Shown in pieces: positions 41,200-51,408 of a stretch of 63,469 bases of DNA. This DNA comes from Lewinellaceae bacterium. Its GTDB lineage: Bacteria; Bacteroidota; Bacteroidia; Chitinophagales; Saprospiraceae. The position numbers and the translations under genes were made by a program. The stretch's first letter is position 1. Each line of letters opens with the position of its first letter. The stretch covers positions 1 through 63,469 of the forward strand of contig JARQTN010000084.1 in assembly GCA_029976695.1 (NCBI GenBank), read 5' to 3'. Under the pieces are notes generated by a model. That model had not been told where the DNA came from, did no database searches, and saw nothing but the letters and a program-made list of their open reading frames with translations.

Positions 41200-42462
41200 A
41201 TGGAGAATTTCCAATATGAGGTGGAGTCCTGGCTGGACATTCCACCGGATTCAGGTTTTTCAATGTATCATTTTCCTTACGGTATCTGTGCAAGGGAAGG
41301 AGGACTCCCGATCGCATGTTCGGCGATCGGTCCATTTGTGATCGACCTGGTCAGGCTGTATGATGAAGGCTTCCTCGATGGGACCAGTGTACGGAGGGAA
41401 ACCCTCACAGGGCGTTACCTGAATCCGTTGATCGCCTCAGGCAAAAGGGTGACCAATGGACTGCGTGCCCGTCTGCAGCGCCTGCTTTCAGTATCAACAG
41501 GACAGGAGGCCAGGGAGAAACTCCGGAATGCCCTTGTCCCGGCCACGGAGGTTCAAATGCTGCTGCCGGTCGATATCCGGGATTACACGGATTTTTATTC
41601 GAGTCGTGAACATGCAACCAATGTGGGGACGATGTTCCGCGATCCGGATAACGCATTGCTGCCCAACTGGCTGCACCTGCCAGTTGGCTATCACGGCAGG
41701 GCCTCGTCCATCGTGGTTTCCGGGACCCCTGTCAAAAGGCCCCACGGGCAGATGATCGCACAGGGGGCTGAGGCACCCCACTTCGGGCCATCCCGATTGC
41801 TGGACTTTGAGCTCGAAATGGGATTTGTCATTGGCAAATCATCGGAGCTGGGAAAACCAATCCCGATCGAAGAGGCTGAAGACTACATTTTCGGGCTGGC
41901 CCTGTTTAATGACTGGTCCGCCCGGGATATCCAGAAATGGGAATATGTTCCCCTGGGCCCTTTCCTGGGGAAGAACTTTGCTTCCACCATGGCACCCTGG
42001 ATCGTCCCCCTGGAAGCCCTTGACCCTTTCAGGGTAGAGGGGCCCGAACAGGAGCCTGAAGTGTTGCCCTACCTGAAATCCCCGGGAAAAAAGAATTATG
42101 ATATCCACCTTGAAGTGGGGATCCGTCCGGAGGGCGGCGAGGAGACGACTGTATGCAGGTCAAACTTCAAATACATGTACTGGAGCATGGCCCAACAATT
42201 GGCACACCACACGGTAAACGGCTGCAATGTCAATGTGGGGGACCTCTATGCCTCCGGGACGATCAGTGGCCCGACACCTGATTCATACGGGTCCATGCTG
42301 GAACTTTCGTGGCGGGGCACAAAGCCCGTCCAGATGGCTGATGGAACCAACCGCAAATTCATTCTGGACGGGGATACGGTCACATTGCGCGGTTATGCAC
42401 AAAGCGGCCACATTCGTGTCGGGTTTGGTGAAGCGGCAGGGAAAATCCTCCCTGCGGAATAA
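41200..42462 (+). CDS. fahA: Fumarylacetoacetase
   Basis: 420 aa. N-terminal FAH domain ('SWLDIPPDSGFSMYHFPYGI'). C-terminal FAA-hydrolase fold. Confidence 0.8.
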   Translation: MENFQYEVESWLDIPPDSGFSMYHFPYGICAREGGLPIACSAIGPFVIDLVRLYDEGFLDGTSVRRETLTGRYLNPLIASGKRVTNGLRARLQRLLSVSTGQEAREKLRNALVPATEVQMLLPVDIRDYTDFYSSREHATNVGTMFRDPDNALLPNWLHLPVGYHGRASSIVVSGTPVKRPHGQMIAQGAEAPHFGPSRLLDFELEMGFVIGKSSELGKPIPIEEAEDYIFGLALFNDWSARDIQKWEYVPLGPFLGKNFASTMAPWIVPLEALDPFRVEGPEQEPEVLPYLKSPGKKNYDIHLEVGIRPEGGEETTVCRSNFKYMYWSMAQQLAHHTVNGCNVNVGDLYASGTISGPTPDSYGSMLELSWRGTKPVQMADGTNRKFILDGDTVTLRGYAQSGHIRVGFGEAAGKILPAE

Positions 42463-42676
42463 GCTGAACCTGGAAAAAATATGCAGAAGTCATGGATCGG
42501 GCAGATACCATGCATGGAAGGTTTGATCACTGGCTGGTCAGGCACAATGGAGATCATATGTCGTAAAATTGTTAAATATTCCCTCTAATGCATTATTTTA
42601 TCGACCGATATTATTTATAAATTGCGGGTTCCTATCCAGTGCGGATGCGTGTCATTCTGGAAATAGAAAATGTTGC

Positions 42677-43750
42677 ATGAAAAAAATGAGACAATACCTG
42701 ACGTTCTGCCTTTTTGGTCTGGGAATGCTTTTTTCAACGGGATTGGCAGGGCAGGATGCACACTTTACGCTATACAACCAGACCCCACTGGTCTTCAATC
42801 CGGCACAGACTGGCGGGTTTTACGGCAGCTACCGCATTGCCGGGATCTACCGTGACCAGTACAGGTCCGTTTTTTCGAATGCGTACAAGTCCCTTTCATT
42901 TTCAGCCGACGTGCCGATCATCAGGGGCTTTCGCGAACAGGACTGGGTCGGTGTTGGCGTCATGTTTTTTATGGACCGGTCCGGCACCGTCGCACAAACC
43001 TGGCAGACAATCAAATTGAGCGGGGCTTACCACCTCGGCCTTGGAAGGAATAATCAAAGTACACTGAGCATTGGCTTCCAGACCGGTGGGACATCAAAGC
43101 GTTACCGGAACCTGACCGCTGATGCATTCAATGATCCACGGGAGTACGCGGCATTCCTCCAGGAAAACCCGGACGGTCCCGAAAGTTCTTATACCGATTA
43201 TGCAGGCGGGCTTAAATTCACATCCCGTTACAATGAGACGGACAATTTCCATATCGGGGTTGCCGTCAACCGGATCGGCAGGACGGACTTTTCCGTGATC
43301 CAGGGACAGCAGGATTCGTCAGTGATTGGTCCCGTCCAGCGGGCGAGCAGTTACCGCCTGGATCCCAAAGCTGTTTTCCAGGCTGGCATATCCTTTCTTG
43401 CCAGCGACAGGCTGCGGGTTTCGCCCAGTCTTCAGGCCCAGGTGATCTTTGGTCCTCCGGAAATCGAAATCGAGGCTCAGGTCGAAGGCCAGTATTTGCT
43501 CAATGCCGAAAAGAAAACATCACTGATCGTGGGGGCGGGAGCCCGTTATGGGGGTCCGCTTGATGCGATGTCCCTGATGGCCGGTCTGCAGAAAGATGCC
43601 TTGAAGGTTGTCCTCGCGTATGATATCAATGTTTCCGGCCTGACAAAAGCCTCCGGTGGATTCGGTGGCCTTGAGATCTCGGCCATTTATATCGGCAAGG
43701 TATATAAACGTCCAAACCCGGATCCGGTCATATTCTGCCCGAGACTTTGA
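42677..43750 (+). CDS. PorP/SprF-family type IX secretion system membrane protein
   Basis: ORF 42569..43750, with the probable start 'MKKMRQYLTFCLFGLGMLFSTGLAGQ'. 'QDAHFTLYNQTPLVFNPAQTGG ... YRDQYRSV' matches the TIGR03519 N-terminus. Confidence 0.75.
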   Translation: MKKMRQYLTFCLFGLGMLFSTGLAGQDAHFTLYNQTPLVFNPAQTGGFYGSYRIAGIYRDQYRSVFSNAYKSLSFSADVPIIRGFREQDWVGVGVMFFMDRSGTVAQTWQTIKLSGAYHLGLGRNNQSTLSIGFQTGGTSKRYRNLTADAFNDPREYAAFLQENPDGPESSYTDYAGGLKFTSRYNETDNFHIGVAVNRIGRTDFSVIQGQQDSSVIGPVQRASSYRLDPKAVFQAGISFLASDRLRVSPSLQAQVIFGPPEIEIEAQVEGQYLLNAEKKTSLIVGAGARYGGPLDAMSLMAGLQKDALKVVLAYDINVSGLTKASGGFGGLEISAIYIGKVYKRPNPDPVIFCPRL

Positions 43751-43776
43751 TCGTGATAAACAGTAACCGAGAAGAA

Positions 43777-45825
43777 ATGAGTTTGAAAATGAGAAGATCT
43801 TTTCTGTGCATCTCAGCAGCCTTTATCATGGCGCATCTTGCGCTCGCCCAGCCTGTCGACGAGGTTCCTGTTGAAATGAAACTGGAGGTAGCCGACGAGC
43901 GGCTCGAAATCGGGGACTGGTACAACGCCCTGACGCTGTATGAAGAAGCCTATTCCGAGGTCAGGGATCTTGCGCTCGCCCACCAGATTGCACAGCTGCA
44001 CCTTCTGTTGCGTGATTTCAAACGTGCTGAAAGATGGTATGGGCGGGTCGTGGAAAAGGATGAAATGAACCGATACCCGGAAGCGGTATTCGAATATGCC
44101 CGGATCCTCAAGATCAATGGCAAATACCAGGAAGCGATAGACGGATTCAATTACCTGGCCAATATCACTGAAAATGATAGTCTTCTGGCCCTGGCTGATA
44201 ACGAAGTGGCCGGGATACAGCTTGCCATCAAGGAGGAAGCGCCTATCGAACTCGTCGTTGAAAACATCGGCCGGAGCATCAATTCATCCTACAGTGAAAA
44301 CTCCCCGCAAATGACGCCTGAGGGTGACCTCTACTTTTCCTCGATCAAGACCAGGGAACTGATCGTTCTGAATGGCAAGGAAGGGGATTATTTTTCCAAG
44401 ATCTATTCCACCAGCATGGATGATGAAGGCGACTGGGACCGGGCAAAAGCACTGCCCAAAGCCATCAACAGGGAAGGTTATCACACCAGTGGCCCTGGAT
44501 TTACACCGGATGGGTCACGCATGTATTTCACGCGTGCGCTGATGGAGCTCAATGACATCATTGAATCCAGGATCTATGCAAGTGACCGCAACGGCAACAG
44601 CTGGAGTGCCCCAAACGAGATCCGGAATGTAAACGGGGACTATATAAACAAGAATCCTGCTGCAGGACAGTTGTTTGGAAAGGAAGTTGTATTCTTTTCT
44701 TCCGATATGGAAGGCGGCTTTGGCGGTTTTGACCTGTATTATGCCACAAGGGAAGGGGGGGATGATTATTCCCTGCCCGTAAATCTGGGGCCGAAGATCA
44801 ATTCCCCGGGTGATGAGATCACGCCTTTTTTCCAGAACAACAGGCTTTACTTCAGCACGGACGGCAGGCCTTCTCTCGGCGGAATTGATATCTATTATTC
44901 TGATTGGGACGGCGAAGCATTTGATGAGGCCCAGAATATGGGAGCCGGATACAATTCAAGTTTTGACGACCTTTCGTTTTCCATCAATACAGCCGGGACA
45001 CGCGGTTTCATTGTATCCAACCGCCCTGCTGACGGATCCCGCTCTGTGAAGAGCAAGACATGTTGCGACGAGATCTTCGAATTCGAACTCAGGGAGATCG
45101 TCATCGATCTGCTGGCACAGGTGGTGGAAGGGCAGACCCCGCTGACGGGTGCCACCGTGACGCTCTTCGAGATCGAAAACAACAAGCCCGGAAAAGCGAA
45201 AACCAAACAAAGTGATGAAACGTCCATCTTCCAGTTTCTGCTGGACAGCGACAAGGCGTACAAGGTCATCGCAGAACTCGATGGTTATTATCCCGGTGAG
45301 ATTGAGTTCAATACTACCGGGATCGTCGACCAGTTTACTGTCAAGCGATTGATCCCGCTCGAGAGGATTCCGGATACGACGCGCGACGATGTCGAGATCG
45401 TGATGATCAACGAACCAATCCGCCTGAACAAGATCTACTATGACTATGACGATGACAAGATCCTGCCTGACGCTGCAGAGGATCTCAGTTACCTCCTGGA
45501 GCTCATGAATACCTATCCGGACATGGTTATTGAACTGTCCTCCCATACGGATGCCAGGGGCGATGATGATTACAATGACAGGCTGTCGCTGCGCAGGGCA
45601 CAATCAGCAAAGAACTGGCTGACCTCAAGGGGCATCGACCGGGATCGCATCGAAGCGGTCGGATACGGCGAACAGCAGATCCTGAACCATTGCATCAACG
45701 GGATGGATTGTACCGATGAAGAGCACCGGCTGAACAGGCGGACGGAGTTCAAGATCATTGCAGGCCCGACCTCTATCCAGATCAAGAAGGAACTCCAGGG
45801 GGGCAATACGCAAAAAAAAAATTAG
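43777..45825 (+). CDS. OmpA-family protein with TPR repeats, TolB-like (PD40) beta-propeller repeats and C-terminal OmpA/MotB peptidoglycan-binding domain
   Basis: ORF 43747..45825 overlaps the PorP stop (ATGA coupling). Signal peptide after the internal Met. C-terminal 'NKIYYDYDDDKILPDAAEDL ... ELSSHTDARGDDDYNDRLSLRRAQSAKNWL ... DRIEAVGYGE ... NRRTEFKI'. Confidence 0.75.
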   Translation: MSLKMRRSFLCISAAFIMAHLALAQPVDEVPVEMKLEVADERLEIGDWYNALTLYEEAYSEVRDLALAHQIAQLHLLLRDFKRAERWYGRVVEKDEMNRYPEAVFEYARILKINGKYQEAIDGFNYLANITENDSLLALADNEVAGIQLAIKEEAPIELVVENIGRSINSSYSENSPQMTPEGDLYFSSIKTRELIVLNGKEGDYFSKIYSTSMDDEGDWDRAKALPKAINREGYHTSGPGFTPDGSRMYFTRALMELNDIIESRIYASDRNGNSWSAPNEIRNVNGDYINKNPAAGQLFGKEVVFFSSDMEGGFGGFDLYYATREGGDDYSLPVNLGPKINSPGDEITPFFQNNRLYFSTDGRPSLGGIDIYYSDWDGEAFDEAQNMGAGYNSSFDDLSFSINTAGTRGFIVSNRPADGSRSVKSKTCCDEIFEFELREIVIDLLAQVVEGQTPLTGATVTLFEIENNKPGKAKTKQSDETSIFQFLLDSDKAYKVIAELDGYYPGEIEFNTTGIVDQFTVKRLIPLERIPDTTRDDVEIVMINEPIRLNKIYYDYDDDKILPDAAEDLSYLLELMNTYPDMVIELSSHTDARGDDDYNDRLSLRRAQSAKNWLTSRGIDRDRIEAVGYGEQQILNHCINGMDCTDEEHRLNRRTEFKIIAGPTSIQIKKELQGGNTQKKN

Positions 45826-45881
45826 GGAATAACCCCGGCATCTCTCAGCAACAGCAGCCGCCACAACCGCAGCAACTGGAG

Positions 45882-46202
45882 ATGACCTTTGAGCCAAGCC
45901 TGATCGATTTGGGGGAAGTCAGGCGGGGCGACGTCCGCGAGATGGTGTTCCACTTCAAGAATACCGGTACGATGGATTTTATGATCGAGATTGTCAGTTC
46001 CTGCAACTGTACCACGGTAGACTGGCCTGTTGCGAAAGTATTCAGTCCCGGGGAGGCCGGTCAGATCAGGGCCGTTTTTGACAGTACTGAAAAAGAGAAA
46101 AGCGAAACAGTCGATGTAGATGTGATCCTGCGCGAAAATGACCCGGAAACGGGTTACCCGGCCATTTTCACCCCCCAGTTCAAGTTCATCCTTGTAGAAT
46201 AG
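45882..46202 (+). CDS. DUF1573 domain protein
   Basis: 106 aa. 'FKNTGTMDFMIEIVSSCNCTTVDWP...SPGEAGQIRAVF' is a typical DUF1573 pattern. Confidence 0.55.
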   Translation: MTFEPSLIDLGEVRRGDVREMVFHFKNTGTMDFMIEIVSSCNCTTVDWPVAKVFSPGEAGQIRAVFDSTEKEKSETVDVDVILRENDPETGYPAIFTPQFKFILVE

Positions 46203-46209
46203 TCGCGTT

Positions 46210-46818
46210 TTGGAAGAAATCATCCGGACAGCACTCGATCAGGATTTTTTCGAATGGACAGGCCTCATTTCGGGTGTCCTGTATGTATTGCTTGCTGCCC
46301 GGGAAAAGGTCGTGTGCTGGGTATTTGGCATCATCAGTTGCTCCTGTATTGCATACAAGGACGTGACAGCCTATCATTTATATGCCGATGCAGGCCTCCA
46401 GGTCTTTTACGTCGCAATCGGGTTCCTGGGGCTCCGGGAGTGGTTCAGGATGGACAGGGATGCGCAAGAACAGGACGCGATCAAGCGCATGACGATCAGG
46501 CAGCATGTTTTCATCCTGCTTCTCGGAACAGCCATTTCTATCCCCTTTGGCTATGTGCTCAACCACTATACGGATGCAGCTTTTTCATTGCTGGATTCCC
46601 TGACAACGGTCTTTTCAGTCTTTGCAACACTGATGCTGGTCCGCAAATACCTGGATAACTGGAAATACTGGATCCTCATCAACCTCGTCTATGTGTACCT
46701 TTATGTGAGCCGTGAAGGGTATTTCTTTGGATTCCTGATGCTTGTATATACGATTATCGCGATCATCGGCCTGGTGTCATGGAGGGCGAAATACGGAACG
46801 AGAAAGGCGCCCGTATAA
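46210..46818 (+). CDS. pnuC: Nicotinamide riboside transporter PnuC
   Basis: 202 aa. 'EWTGLISGVLYVLLAAREKVVCWVFGIIS' is a PnuC signature. 7-8 TM helices. Confidence 0.8.
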   Translation: MEEIIRTALDQDFFEWTGLISGVLYVLLAAREKVVCWVFGIISCSCIAYKDVTAYHLYADAGLQVFYVAIGFLGLREWFRMDRDAQEQDAIKRMTIRQHVFILLLGTAISIPFGYVLNHYTDAAFSLLDSLTTVFSVFATLMLVRKYLDNWKYWILINLVYVYLYVSREGYFFGFLMLVYTIIAIIGLVSWRAKYGTRKAPV

Positions 46819-46909
46819 CTATTTAGATTTGTTCTAAATAATGATCAATTTGCCGATCTTTTCGTTTTAAATATGGTCATTTTAAAGGATTTATAAAAGC
46901 TTTATATCT

Positions 46910-48607
46910 TTGCCGAAATTCGATACATCCTTTGATTTTAAAGTAAAATCGCAACATCTAGTGGAGTCTTCAAACCCAATTTTCACAAGGCTATTCGCCT
47001 TCTCCCTTCTCATGAGCCTTGGTGTTCCGTCTTATGCTCAATCAGAAGGAGGAAACAACCTGCTGATCGGCTCTCTCATCGTCATCGCAGCGATCGTGCT
47101 CATCTGGATCATCGTGAAAGTGGCAGATAACCTGCTCCATATCGAAGGCCGGGAGAGCAAAGTGGATGATTCAGGCATTTCCCTAATTCCAAAGTTTGGC
47201 AAGGTCTTCCAACCGAAGCTGCCCGCGTATGTGGAAAAGTCCGGTTTTCCTGTTCATGTGTTGAAAAAAGGTTTTGACATCCTGCTGGAGGGGGCGGCAT
47301 CCGGGGAGGAGGTTGCGGATGCAGAAGGCGTGACCAGGTATGCCATGCAGCCAAAGAATTTTCAGGGAATGTCACCAATTCCAAAAGTATTGCCGGAAAT
47401 CGGGGATGAAGTGTTAGCCGGACAGCCACTTTTTTATGATAAGAAACATCCCGAGATTCTCTATGTCTCCCCGGTGAGTGGTGAATATATCGAACTCAAC
47501 CGTGCAGAGAAAAGGTCAATCGCCGAGTTGGTGATCCTTGCAGACAAGGAGCAGCGGTACGCAGAGCTCCAGGCACCTGACCTGGAATCGGCACCTGTTG
47601 AAGAGATCAGGGAGTTTCTGCAAAAAAATGGTGGTTGGGCATTGATCCGCCAGCGTCCGTATCAGATTACGCCAGCGCCGGATGACGTGCCTGACAATAT
47701 TTTCATTTCCACTTTTGATACGGCACCGCTGGCCCTTGACCAGAACCTGGTTGTCCGGGGTAATGAAGCCGCTTTTCAAAAGGGACTGGATGTGCTTGGC
47801 AAGCTGACCGAGGGAAAGGTATATCTTGGGCTCGATGGCCGGCCTGGACATGCGCCGGCTGAAGCTTTTGTCCAGGCTGCAGGAGCAGAGAAGCACTGGT
47901 TTGCCGGAAAGCACCCGGCAGGAAATGCAGGCATCCAGATCCATCATATCCATCCGGTAGGGCCAAAAAAGAAAGCCTGGACACTTGGTGTTGCTGACGT
48001 GATCACAATAGGTAACATGTGGCTCGAAGGCAGGTTTGTCGCAGACAGGCTTGTCGCACTGAACGGAACAGAGCTCAAGTCACCTAAAATCGTACGTACC
48101 CGGATTGGGGCCAACATGGGTGAGTTGCTGGCAGGGAATATCAAGGACACAGACAACCGGATCATCAGCGGAAACGTGCTGACGGGTCAACAGAAGCAAA
48201 AAAACCAGTATTTGAATATATTTGACAACCAGGTATCAGTCATCCAGGAAGGCCACTATCTGGAGCCGTTTGGCTGGCTCATCCCGAGCAAGTCCAGGCC
48301 GAGCCTGAGCAAAACATATCCTTCATTTCTTTTCCCTGATAACAAGTACGTTGCGGATACAAATACACACGGTGAGCGCCGTGCCTTTGTCGTTACAGGA
48401 CAGTACGAGCAGGTGCTGCCCGTTGACACCTACCCGCAGGCCCTGATGAAGGCAATCCTGAACAATGATTACGAGACCATGGAGGGATTGGGTATCCATG
48501 AACTGGTGGAGGAGGATGTGGCCCTGTGTGAGTTTGTCTGCACTTCCAAAATGCCGGTTCAAAAAATATTGCGCGAAGGACTCGATCTGATGCAGGCGCA
48601 AGGTTAG
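46910..48607 (+). CDS. nqrA: Na+-translocating NADH:quinone oxidoreductase subunit A (start uncertain; N-terminal ~115 aa may be an unrelated extension)
   Basis: Homology to NqrA begins at 'HVLKKGFDILLEGAAS ... PLFYDKKHPEILYVSPVSGEYIELNRAEKRSIAELVI' (around nt 47258, where GTG/TTG codons are available). The upstream in-frame segment encodes a hydrophobic helix (LLIGSLIVIAAIVLIWIIV). Confidence 0.8.
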   Translation: MPKFDTSFDFKVKSQHLVESSNPIFTRLFAFSLLMSLGVPSYAQSEGGNNLLIGSLIVIAAIVLIWIIVKVADNLLHIEGRESKVDDSGISLIPKFGKVFQPKLPAYVEKSGFPVHVLKKGFDILLEGAASGEEVADAEGVTRYAMQPKNFQGMSPIPKVLPEIGDEVLAGQPLFYDKKHPEILYVSPVSGEYIELNRAEKRSIAELVILADKEQRYAELQAPDLESAPVEEIREFLQKNGGWALIRQRPYQITPAPDDVPDNIFISTFDTAPLALDQNLVVRGNEAAFQKGLDVLGKLTEGKVYLGLDGRPGHAPAEAFVQAAGAEKHWFAGKHPAGNAGIQIHHIHPVGPKKKAWTLGVADVITIGNMWLEGRFVADRLVALNGTELKSPKIVRTRIGANMGELLAGNIKDTDNRIISGNVLTGQQKQKNQYLNIFDNQVSVIQEGHYLEPFGWLIPSKSRPSLSKTYPSFLFPDNKYVADTNTHGERRAFVVTGQYEQVLPVDTYPQALMKAILNNDYETMEGLGIHELVEEDVALCEFVCTSKMPVQKILREGLDLMQAQG

Positions 48608-48631
48608 TCAAACTAATAATCTAAACGTGAC

Positions 48632-49885
48632 ATGGGACTAATTGATTTTATCAAACGAATAGAGCCTGACAAAGAGAAGCAGCCATTCCTGCATACCTTG
48701 TACGATGGCTTTTACACCTTCCTGTTTGTTCCCGACCATACGACAAAAGGCGGTGTGCACATCAAGGACGGGATGGACCTGAAAAGGCTGATGATCTATG
48801 TGGTATTGGCCTTGCAGTTCTGTTACCTTTTCGGAACATGGAATGTTGGCCACCAGCACTTTGTGGCACTTGGGATTTATGATGATTCATATTTTTCAGG
48901 GTTCCATTTGAAGATTGCATATGGCCTGATCAAGATCATTCCGCTCTTTGTGGTCACATACATTGTCGGTCTGGGCATCGAATTCTGGACCGCCTCAAAG
49001 AAGGGGCATGGTATTGAAGAAGGATTCCTGGTGACCGGGGCACTGATCCCGCTGATCATGCCTCCAGACCTGCCGATCTGGATTCTTGTCCTTTCCGTCA
49101 TTTTCGCCGTGATCATCGGGAAAGAAGCCTTTGGAGGCACGGGGATGAATATCTGGAATGTGGCATTGTTGTCCCGTGTATTTGTCTTTTTTGCCTATCC
49201 GACGACCATTTCGGGTGATGAGGTGTGGGTATCCGGTATCGAGGGCATGAGCGCGGGTGCAGCAGTTCAATACGGCTGGTGGGAAACCGGCTTTTTCAAT
49301 TCGATTTTTGAAGCCCTGGGCTGGGCCACCTTTGACCCTTCAGCCACGGTTGTGGATGGATATACAGGCGCCACGCCACTCACGCTGGCCTATCAGGGTG
49401 GATGGGAGCGTGTGACGGAAGTCTATACAGCCGGCCAGATGTGGTGGGGTGCGATTCCCGGATCTGTCGGTGAGACTTCAAAACCGATGATCCTGCTGGG
49501 GGCACTTCTCCTGCTGGGGACCGGAGTGGCAAGCTGGCGGATCATGGTCGGGATGCTGGTCGGGGCGGCTATCTCGGCGATCGGCCTGAACCTGTGGGGG
49601 GCTTCTCCTTTCATGGATGTCCCATGGTATTACCAGTTTTATATGGGCAGTTTCTTCTTTGCCATGGCATTTATGGCTACCGATCCTGTGACCGCATCGA
49701 GTACAAACAGGGGCAAGTGGATTTACGGCTTCCTGATCGGATTCCTGGGGATGATTATCCGGGTGATGAACCCGGCGTACCCGGAAGGGTGGATGCTGGC
49801 AATCCTGCTTATGAATACTTTTGCAGCCCTGATAGACCACTATGTCTACCAGGCGAACATTAAAAAACGATTGGCACGTGTTTAG
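48632..49885 (+). CDS. nqrB: Na+-NQR subunit B
   Basis: 417 aa. Polytopic membrane protein with an FMN-attachment region ('GGTGMN' context). Confidence 0.9.
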   Translation: MGLIDFIKRIEPDKEKQPFLHTLYDGFYTFLFVPDHTTKGGVHIKDGMDLKRLMIYVVLALQFCYLFGTWNVGHQHFVALGIYDDSYFSGFHLKIAYGLIKIIPLFVVTYIVGLGIEFWTASKKGHGIEEGFLVTGALIPLIMPPDLPIWILVLSVIFAVIIGKEAFGGTGMNIWNVALLSRVFVFFAYPTTISGDEVWVSGIEGMSAGAAVQYGWWETGFFNSIFEALGWATFDPSATVVDGYTGATPLTLAYQGGWERVTEVYTAGQMWWGAIPGSVGETSKPMILLGALLLLGTGVASWRIMVGMLVGAAISAIGLNLWGASPFMDVPWYYQFYMGSFFFAMAFMATDPVTASSTNRGKWIYGFLIGFLGMIIRVMNPAYPEGWMLAILLMNTFAALIDHYVYQANIKKRLARV

Positions 49886-50624
49886 TTCAAGGTATATCAT
49901 CATGTTTATTGTCGGGTTGACGGCTGCTTCAGCCCTTGTCCTGGCATTGTTATTCACCGGTTTCAAACCTATGCATGAGCGCAATGAAGGGCTTTTCAAA
50001 AAGCGGGCGATCCTTGCGGCCGTGGATACGAAGCTGGAAACGAAGGTCAAGAATATGACCGATGCGGAAGTGGAGGATATCTTTGAAAATGATATCCGCC
50101 AAATTGCGCTGAATATGAACGGAGAAACGATATCCTCCGATGAGATCACAAGTCGCGGATACAAAGGAGGCCAGCCTGTGGATATCGATATGAAAAAGGA
50201 AAAGAAAAAGCCGGAGCCCGACCGGATCCTCCCCTTGTTTGTGTATGACAACAATGGCGAGGAGATCTATATCGTAAGTGTCCGGGGCAACGGCCTGTGG
50301 GATGAGATCTGGGGAAATATTGCCCTTGAGGATAATTTTGACAAAATCGTGGGAGCCACATTCGACCACCAGGCAGAAACCCCGGGACTGGGCGCAGAGA
50401 TCAAGGATAATCCGAAATTCAGCGAAAACTTCATCGGAAAGGAAATCTATGATGAAGGAGATTATGTTGGGATCACGGTCCTGAAAGGCGATGCGAGGGA
50501 CGGTATTCATGAGGTGGACGGAATTTCCGGCGCTACGATTACATGCAACGGCGTGACCGAAATGATCGTCAGGGGGGTGAAGTACTACCAGCCCTATTTT
50601 GAGAAACAGAATATCATTAATTAG
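49842..50624 (+). CDS. nqrC: Na+-NQR subunit C
   Basis: 260 aa. Single N-terminal TM. FMN-binding 'VDGISGATITCNG'. Confidence 0.85.
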   Translation: MSTRRTLKNDWHVFSSRYIIMFIVGLTAASALVLALLFTGFKPMHERNEGLFKKRAILAAVDTKLETKVKNMTDAEVEDIFENDIRQIALNMNGETISSDEITSRGYKGGQPVDIDMKKEKKKPEPDRILPLFVYDNNGEEIYIVSVRGNGLWDEIWGNIALEDNFDKIVGATFDHQAETPGLGAEIKDNPKFSENFIGKEIYDEGDYVGITVLKGDARDGIHEVDGISGATITCNGVTEMIVRGVKYYQPYFEKQNIIN

Positions 50625-50649
50625 GAAACCTTAAAACCGAGGATAAATC

Positions 50650-51378
50650 ATGGCAGAATCAACGATCCAGGAAAAACAGGCGCAGGAAACAAAGCCCAGG
50701 GAGCCTCTTTTCGGGAAAAAGCAAAGGAAGCTGATCACAGATCCGCTGAATGATAATAACCCGATCACCGTCCAGGTGCTTGGGATTTGTTCTGCACTTG
50801 CTGTGACCACACTTGTTTTTCCATCCTTTATCATGGCAATAGCCGTGATTTTCGTACTTGCTTTTTCAAACCTCTTTACTTCACTACTGAGGAAAAGGAT
50901 TCCCAGCCAGGTCAGGATGATCGTGCAGTTGGTCATCATTGCCACGCTCGTGACCGTGGTTGAGCTCACGCTGAAGGCATATAACTTCGATGTGTATAAA
51001 AAACTCTCCGTATTCATCGGGTTGATTATCACAAACTGTATCGTGATGGGACGCCTTGAGGCATTTGCAATGGCCAATAAGCCATGGCAGTCATTTCTCG
51101 ACGGCCTGGGCAATGCATTTGGGTACGGGGCGATCCTGATCATCGTGGCCATTTTCCGTGAAGTGTTTGGTAAAGGCACACTGCTGGCAGGTACCCCTTT
51201 GGAAATGATGATCATCGGCCCATCATCAGATTACTGGATCGATACAACGACTTCCGCGATGTTTGGCTGGTATATGAACAATAACCTGTTCGTGTTCCCG
51301 CCGGCAGCCATGTTTATTATCGGGGTTTTGATCTGGGTGCAGCGCGCCTGGAACAAAAAACTGATCGATGTCTCTTAA
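50650..51378 (+). CDS. nqrD: Na+-NQR subunit D
   Basis: 242 aa. 'LITDPLNDNNPITVQVLGICSALAVT'. Confidence 0.9.
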   Translation: MAESTIQEKQAQETKPREPLFGKKQRKLITDPLNDNNPITVQVLGICSALAVTTLVFPSFIMAIAVIFVLAFSNLFTSLLRKRIPSQVRMIVQLVIIATLVTVVELTLKAYNFDVYKKLSVFIGLIITNCIVMGRLEAFAMANKPWQSFLDGLGNAFGYGAILIIVAIFREVFGKGTLLAGTPLEMMIIGPSSDYWIDTTTSAMFGWYMNNNLFVFPPAAMFIIGVLIWVQRAWNKKLIDVS

Positions 51379-51408
51379 TTCCATTTTGTATCATAAGGAA
51401 ATTAATCC

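Noticed and set aside
46893-46900. TAnnTTTG-like box (tatctttg) 10 nt upstream of the nqrA ORF start
   Set aside because: It is too close to the annotated ATG for a normal 5' UTR, and the true nqrA start is itself uncertain.
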